From Candidatus Hydrogenedentota bacterium (GTDB taxonomy: Bacteria; Hydrogenedentota; Hydrogenedentia; Hydrogenedentales; G963678445), in contig OY782877.1 in the NCBI GenBank assembly GCA_963678445.1, positions 3,178,503-3,242,502 on the forward strand: a DNA stretch of 64,000 nucleotides, given 5' to 3'. Positions 59,285-64,000 of this stretch are shown here, in pieces. Numbering within the stretch: the first letter of the stretch is position 1; each line of letters begins with the position of its first letter. Under the pieces are notes generated by a model, which was given only the letters and a program-made list of their open reading frames with translations, had not been told where the DNA came from and made no database searches. Both the position numbers and the translations under genes were made by a program.

Positions 59285-60805
59285 CTAAAAGAGGGAGGCC
59301 CCCCGGCTATGCCGGGGGATACTTACTAATAACGTCTCCAACTGCGTCAGGCCCGACAAATACGACAAATCCGAGAACTCACCCGTCGCGGATATCTGGT
59401 TTTCACTCAGATTCAGCGTCGTCAGGTTCTTAAGATCTTCCAGAAAATCAATCTCAGAAAAAGAATTGTTCGACAAATCCAACGTCTGCAAATCCAGGCA
59501 ATATTGAATCCCTTCTATCGAAGTAATTCCCAACCCCGACGCATCCAACGAGGTAAAACCTTTGTTTATCAAACCTTCCCAATACAACGTACCTGTCAAT
59601 TTCCCCACCGCCGCACGCACCGCCGTTTCCAAACGCATATCCACAAAATACGTCGTCGCATCCGGTGACGGCAAGGCTACCATCCGCACCTGCACATCGG
59701 AATTCATCGTCAAAGTCGTCGGATTGTCGTAAGCATGGACCGGGTCCATTCCGGGAACAGTCACCTCGAAATACTCAAGAATCCAGTCCTCTTCCGGAAC
59801 CGCCATAATCTCCACCGAAGCACCCGCACGATACTTCTCCGCAATCGGATACGGATATATCCCCAAGCCCGACCAAGACCGTGTCATCGTATAAAACGTT
59901 CCCGCAGGAACCGTCTGCACATCCAACGCCGCCGCATAATACGCCGCAAAATTCTGCTCAAACGTACTCAGCACCGCCTCCTCCTGCCACTCCAGCAGAT
60001 TACTGAACGTATCCCCATCCACATCCCCCTGCGCAGAAATCAGCGGCACCAACGATGTATCCAGCAAGATAGAAAAATCTTCCTCCTCTGCAAACTCAAT
60101 CCCCAACTCATCCGAAAACACCGTGGCTATAAACACAGAAAGCGGATCTCCCAACACCGCATACGCCGTTAACACCTCAACCACCCCCGCAGGCACGCCT
60201 GCCGGGACCGTCGCATCAGCAAACAACGCCGCCACCGCCAACCAACGCGTTGCCAACGCCACATGCGTAAGCCCACCCGAAGCCGACAAATCCACCGTAT
60301 CATCCTGCAACACATCCTCCAACACCAAAAACTCCGCCAGATCCGGAAAACCATTCGGCTCCCCATACGCAACCCCATCCTCATCCAACGACGCACCATT
60401 TAGATCAACCGCCTCTGCGCTATCCGGCAAATCCAAAAACGTTGCAAACGTCGCCATCGAAGCCCGCAGATCCAGATTATCAAACTGCCCACCCGTCTTC
60501 GCCTCCAGAAAGCCCCTACCCCTACTACCCTTTTCCTCCATCAACATCGCGCGCCGCTCAGGATTCGAAAAACTTTCCCAATCCACCGACATACGATGTA
60601 CCCGATCCAATTTTCTCGCCTCCTCCTCCGTGATCCCCTCCATATCCGGCAAAATCTTACGCAACCCCTGCTTCGCACTCGTAAAACGCGGCATCCCCAT
60701 TCCCGAAACTCGAGCACGCCCCTCCAATACCCCCTGCGACCCCGCCTTCCCCTCTCCCGCACCCCGCTTCATCAGAGCCCCCTTCCCTGTATGCCGCAAA
60801 CACAA
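59285..60805 (-). CDS. Leucine-rich-repeat protein sharing N-terminal modules with the giant protein
   Basis: C-terminal LRRs (LDLSNNSFSEIDFLEDLKNLTTLNLSENQIS). N-terminal segments FPDLAEFLVLEDVL and DGDTFSNLLEWQ parallel IPDAAEFALLEHVL and DGDGFTNLEEY of the giant protein. Confidence 0.55.
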   Translation of the reverse strand: MCLRHTGKGALMKRGAGEGKAGSQGVLEGRARVSGMGMPRFTSAKQGLRKILPDMEGITEEEARKLDRVHRMSVDWESFSNPERRAMLMEEKGSRGRGFLEAKTGGQFDNLDLRASMATFATFLDLPDSAEAVDLNGASLDEDGVAYGEPNGFPDLAEFLVLEDVLQDDTVDLSASGGLTHVALATRWLAVAALFADATVPAGVPAGVVEVLTAYAVLGDPLSVFIATVFSDELGIEFAEEEDFSILLDTSLVPLISAQGDVDGDTFSNLLEWQEEAVLSTFEQNFAAYYAAALDVQTVPAGTFYTMTRSWSGLGIYPYPIAEKYRAGASVEIMAVPEEDWILEYFEVTVPGMDPVHAYDNPTTLTMNSDVQVRMVALPSPDATTYFVDMRLETAVRAAVGKLTGTLYWEGLINKGFTSLDASGLGITSIEGIQYCLDLQTLDLSNNSFSEIDFLEDLKNLTTLNLSENQISATGEFSDLSYLSGLTQLETLLVSIPRHSRGASLF

Positions 60806-61097
60806 CTTTTAATTGCCGGAGCAATAACAAGTACAAGGATTGCCTGCCGAATAGAGTTCGATAAGTGCGGCCACGCACTTATGATTTCCGCCAGATCGCC
60901 ATAAATCTGGTGCATACATATAGCACGCTCAGATGTGTTCTCTGTGTGTCTTGAGTGTCGCGGTTCTGTAGTCGAAGTGTTGTTTCGGCAGTCCGAACAC
61001 AGCTTATAACTGTTTAGATTTGTTGTAGTTGTGTGTTCGCATGTGGTTGAAGTGTTGAGATTCTGTGAGGATGTGTTGATAGAATTAATTGCATTTT

Positions 61098-61117
61098 GAT
61101 TCCCGCCTCCTCCACCA
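61098..61117. repeat. attR-like direct repeat of the tmRNA 3' end (island right border)
   Basis: gattcccgcctcctccacca versus tmRNA 46692-46711 gattcccgccgcctccacca (19/20 identical, with tt.gattcc extending the match). Confidence 0.65.
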
Positions 61118-61269
61118 TGCAAACACTTGAGGCCCTTGAGGTTATAATAGCCTCAAGGGCGTTTGTGTATTTGTTGGGTGCGCGTGTGCAGCCATAGCAC
61201 CCATCACGTATTCCCCTGCTTCTCCCAACGAAGTTTTTGTTGTGCTCAGGGGGGGGATGACCATATTTT

Positions 61270-61314
61270 CTGGGTGGCCCCCTGCCCCTTTGTGGTCGCT
61301 GGACCGCTTTGGTA
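61270..61314. repeat. REP/MITE-like repeat, partial copy I
   Basis: ctttgtggtcgctggaccgctttggtaagg. Confidence 0.6.
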
Positions 61315-61461
61315 AGGTGGCCCCGGAATCCCTCCTTGACAAAAGTTTCAGGGGGTGAGAAAATATGCGCTGTTTTTCGGCGCGTTTGTCAGAGTATTTT
61401 TGTTTGCGCGTTGCTCTCTTTTTGCGTCAATCAGGGCAATATCTGTGAGAAAGGAATTGTT

Positions 61462-62655
61462 ATGTGGAATAGAATCAGCGTCGGAATCCTGCCTGCTCGC
61501 GCACTTATTGTACTGTGTCTCCTCTCCGCGATTGCGGCGGGGCCGGCTCAAGGTGTCAGTATTGAACAGGATCCCTCTGAATACCCCCGTTCCGTGGATC
61601 TCTTTGTTCGAGGATCGGATGGCATAGCGCTACACCGTATTCCTGCCCTCACGGTAACCTCAAAAGGCACCTTGATCGCGGTTGCCGATGCGCGTGTGGA
61701 TGAAGGCGATGATCTTCCAAACAACATTGATCTCGTCATGCGCCGGAGCTTTGATCTGGGCCGAACCTGGACCCCCAGCGAGGTAATTGTCGATTTCCCC
61801 GGTACAGAGGGCGCGGGAGATGCCAGCCTCTTGACCGATCGTGAGACCGGTCGGGTCTTCCTTTTCTACACCTATGGTCCGGAGGGCATTGGCTCTACGC
61901 AAAGCCAGCCAGGACTTGATGGCCCAACGGTTCAACTCCAAATCATCCACAGCGATGACGAAGGGGCCAGCTGGTCGGAAGCACTTCACCTGAATCCGCA
62001 AGTAAAAGACCCCGCATGGAGTGCGGTCTGGTCCTCCCCGGGTCACGGCTTTCAGACCCCTTCGGGACGCCTCTATTTCCCCCTTTCACGCAAATCCGAT
62101 ACCCTGTATTCGCACTTTATCTATAGCGATGACCATGGAGCAACTTGGAAAATCACCGCCCCTGCGGGTCGTAACACAAACGAGTCCATGGGCGTTGTCC
62201 TGGATGATGGCCGCTTGATGGCCAATATGCGTAGCATGGACGGAAAACATCAGCGGATAGTTTCTGTTTCCAGTGACGGTGGCAAGACCTGGAGTGCCCA
62301 GTATCATGACGCCACCCTGATCGAGGCCGAATGTCAGGCTAGCCTGATTCGCTATTCCTGCCTCTCCGCCGGAGATGATAAAAATCGCCTGCTCTTTGCC
62401 AATCCCGCGAGCACGAAACGGGAAAACATGACCATCCGCCTCAGTTACGACGAAGGCCAGACCTGGCCGATTTCCAAGTCCATCTGGCCCGGCGTCGCGG
62501 GATACTCCGCGCTCGCGGTGCTCCCGGATGGATCCGTGGGGCTCTTTTACGAACACGGCGTACAGCACGCCACCGATCAACTTGCCTTTGTTCGCTTCAC
62601 CCTGGAATGGCTCACCAGCGGTAAAGACAAAGGCTTTAAGCCTAGGAAACAGTAG
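61462..62655 (+). CDS. Exo-alpha-sialidase (GH33, BNR/Asp-box)
   Basis: Start re-assigned to MWNRISV (signal peptide). RIP motif (HRIPAL) and five Asp-boxes (SFDLGRTW, SDDEGASW, SDDHGATW, SSDGGKTW, SYDEGQTW). Confidence 0.85.
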   Translation: MWNRISVGILPARALIVLCLLSAIAAGPAQGVSIEQDPSEYPRSVDLFVRGSDGIALHRIPALTVTSKGTLIAVADARVDEGDDLPNNIDLVMRRSFDLGRTWTPSEVIVDFPGTEGAGDASLLTDRETGRVFLFYTYGPEGIGSTQSQPGLDGPTVQLQIIHSDDEGASWSEALHLNPQVKDPAWSAVWSSPGHGFQTPSGRLYFPLSRKSDTLYSHFIYSDDHGATWKITAPAGRNTNESMGVVLDDGRLMANMRSMDGKHQRIVSVSSDGGKTWSAQYHDATLIEAECQASLIRYSCLSAGDDKNRLLFANPASTKRENMTIRLSYDEGQTWPISKSIWPGVAGYSALAVLPDGSVGLFYEHGVQHATDQLAFVRFTLEWLTSGKDKGFKPRKQ

Positions 62656-62836
62656 CAGGCAGGGAGAAACGCAAAGGAAAACTTTGAAAATCCGAGGGAG
62701 GCATGGCGGGAAGCAACGAAGGATACAGAGTGGAACGAGCCGGGATGAATAATTCCGGTAAAGCGCGTCCGGCATCTAAGGAGTTGCATGTTCCTTTTTT
62801 AAAAAGTAGTTTTTTTGACTTCTTCCCCGATATTTT

Positions 62837-62901
62837 CCTAGAGCGTTTTAACTAAACGACTATGCATTTTTAGCGCATAATCGTGTAGTTAAAACGCTCT
62901 A
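62837..62901. promoter_or_regulatory. Long perfect inverted repeat (16-bp arms, 33-nt spacer) at the 3' end of arsC
   Basis: ctagagcgttttaact ... agttaaaacgctctag. The right arm includes the arsC stop codon. Confidence 0.5.
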
Positions 62902-63345
62902 GTTGTTCAATGCTTCAGGTAGGGTTTCGACAAAGGCTTTGATTTGGTCTCGGATGTTTCTATAGCATTCCAACTGTTCCTCTTCGGATGCGCCTTGCTC
63001 TGCAAGTTCTTTGGCCATCTTTGGCGGATCGGCAAATCCGACATGTACTACTTTGCAGTTGCCAGGGAAGAGTGGACAGGTCTCGTGAGCGTGCCCGCAA
63101 ACGGTGACTATTGCATCCAGTTTGAGGTCTTTGAATTCATTGATGTGTTGGGACTTCTGCCTTGAAATATCAACACCTACCTCGGCCATCACGCTTACAG
63201 CGTTTGGATTGAGGCCGTGTGTTTCGATTCCGGCTGAATAGGCCTCGATGGAGTCACCTTTCAGATGACGGGTCCAGCCTTCTGCTATCTGGCTACGGCA
63301 TGAATTCCCGGTGCAAAGGAAAAGTACCTTTAGTTTTTCGCTCAT
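62899..63345 (-). CDS. arsC: Arsenate reductase (LMW-PTP family, thioredoxin-coupled)
   Basis: CTGNSCRS P-loop (LFLCTGNSCRSQ), 148 aa. Confidence 0.85.
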   Translation of the reverse strand: MSEKLKVLFLCTGNSCRSQIAEGWTRHLKGDSIEAYSAGIETHGLNPNAVSVMAEVGVDISRQKSQHINEFKDLKLDAIVTVCGHAHETCPLFPGNCKVVHVGFADPPKMAKELAEQGASEEEQLECYRNIRDQIKAFVETLPEALNN

Positions 63346-63364
63346 GGTTTATTTCCTTACTATG

Positions 63365-63390
63365 TTAAAGCGGTCCAGTGACCGCTTTAG
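63365..63390. repeat. Degenerate REP-like palindrome, copy J
   Basis: aaagcggtccagtgaccgcttt. Palindrome AAAGCGGTC-cagt-GACCGCTTT in the 51-bp arsC intergenic spacer. Confidence 0.5.
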
Positions 63391-63396
63391 CTAATT

Positions 63397-64000
63397 TTAC
63401 GCGAAAATGCCGTAAATATGTGTCAGGCAGTAGTAGAGTCCCGCGAGAATGAAGGCGGTACCGGCTAGTCGTCTGATCCATAGTTCGACGTGTGTGAGGC
63501 GGTTGAATGCTTTTGCGACATAGGCTGATCCAATGGCCATGAGAAGGGCAAATAGCACCACGGGCAATGAGGTTCCAACGCCATAGACGACCGGCAGCAT
63601 GACTGATGACTCATGCTTTAACGCCAGGGGAAGCAGACCGCCGAAAAACAGGCCTGCTGATACCGGGCAGAAAGAGAGTGCAAACAGAAAGCCGATCGGA
63701 ATGGCCCAAAGCAAGCCACCTTTCTTTGCCTTTTCCTGAAGTTTCTCAGCGCCGATGTGCAGTGATGCACCGGAACCGACCCACCCAAGAAGAACCAGTC
63801 CAAGTATAATCAGAATCGGTCCGAGTGCTTCGTTCATGTATTTTTGTAAAAAACGGGAGGCCTCTGCGCTGCCGAGCATTCCGGCAGTGATAACAACCCC
63901 CAGCAGGACATAGGCGATGGTCCGCCCTGCTGAATAAAGAAGGCCGGAGCCAATGACATGATTTTTCTGTCCGGCTTTTCGCCCTATAAAGGAGATGGCT
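63397..64000 (-). CDS. DsbD/CcdA-like (cytochrome c biogenesis transmembrane-region family) membrane protein; N-terminus lies beyond the window end
   Basis: The frame stays open past the annotated Met to base 64000. Multiple TM helices and the conserved Cys in SFCPVSAG. Confidence 0.5.
   Translation of the reverse strand, partial: AISFIGRKAGQKNHVIGSGLLYSAGRTIAYVLLGVVITAGMLGSAEASRFLQKYMNEALGPILIILGLVLLGWVGSGASLHIGAEKLQEKAKKGGLLWAIPIGFLFALSFCPVSAGLFFGGLLPLALKHESSVMLPVVYGVGTSLPVVLFALLMAIGSAYVAKAFNRLTHVELWIRRLAGTAFILAGLYYCLTHIYGIFA

Noticed and set aside
1-64000. Scan for CRISPR arrays, rRNA and tRNA genes.
   Set aside because: No evenly spaced short direct repeats with unique spacers were seen. 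The REP-like elements are dispersed rather than arrayed. No cloverleaf or T-arm (GGTTCGA) motifs occur other than within the tmRNA.

Overview
This 64-kb window looks like a Gram-negative bacterial chromosome with moderately high GC; the sequence alone does not give a taxonomic assignment.

The left part is housekeeping and accessory chromosome:
- an RND efflux operon (TolC-like outer-membrane factor, partial; periplasmic adaptor; AcrB-like pump)
- a TPR protein and an O-antigen-ligase-like protein
- a LolA-like/TlpA-like redoxin, a HAD hydrolase, a Zn alcohol dehydrogenase, a sugar-phosphate isomerase and a methyltransferase
- a lone KAP-family P-loop NTPase
- a polysaccharide-biosynthesis block (polyprenyl sugar-phosphotransferase, DegT-type aminotransferase, putative glycosyltransferase)
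- a U32 peptidase, an RRM RNA-binding protein, and a Zn-ribbon protein/LemA/M48 Zn-ribbon peptidase cluster
- a 4Fe-4S protein, GH97, miaB, pepA, mtaB, a LarE-like PP-loop enzyme, NrnA-like DHH phosphoesterase, GH5, rmlD
- a DUF1007-nickel-transporter/ABC-2 transporter operon

The most striking structure is a tmRNA (ssrA) gene at 46351-46711 followed by an island of about 14.4 kb. Its left border is the tmRNA 3' end and its right border is a 20-bp imperfect direct repeat of that end at 61098-61117. A decayed tyrosine-integrase pseudogene abuts the tmRNA. The island is visibly AT-richer than its flanks. Its cargo includes:
- a three-gene CBASS-like anti-phage operon (patatin phospholipase, cGAS/DncV-like nucleotidyltransferase, E2-like protein, i.e. 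type II-short architecture)
- a 1299-aa secreted multi-repeat protein with a C-terminal Cys/His domain, followed by two tandemly duplicated secreted paralogs; this has a polymorphic-toxin/immunity-like layout
- an LRR protein sharing modules with the giant protein, and two further secreted hypothetical proteins

Downstream of the island are a GH33 sialidase, arsC and a partial DsbD/CcdA-like membrane protein.

A dense family of about 100-120-bp intergenic REP/MITE-like elements is present in at least 10 copies. Each carries the palindromes GTGGTC-nnnn-GACCAC and GTGGCCAGyGCCAC. One copy was mis-read as a CDS N-terminus by the ORF caller.

No CRISPR array, rRNA or tRNA genes were seen.
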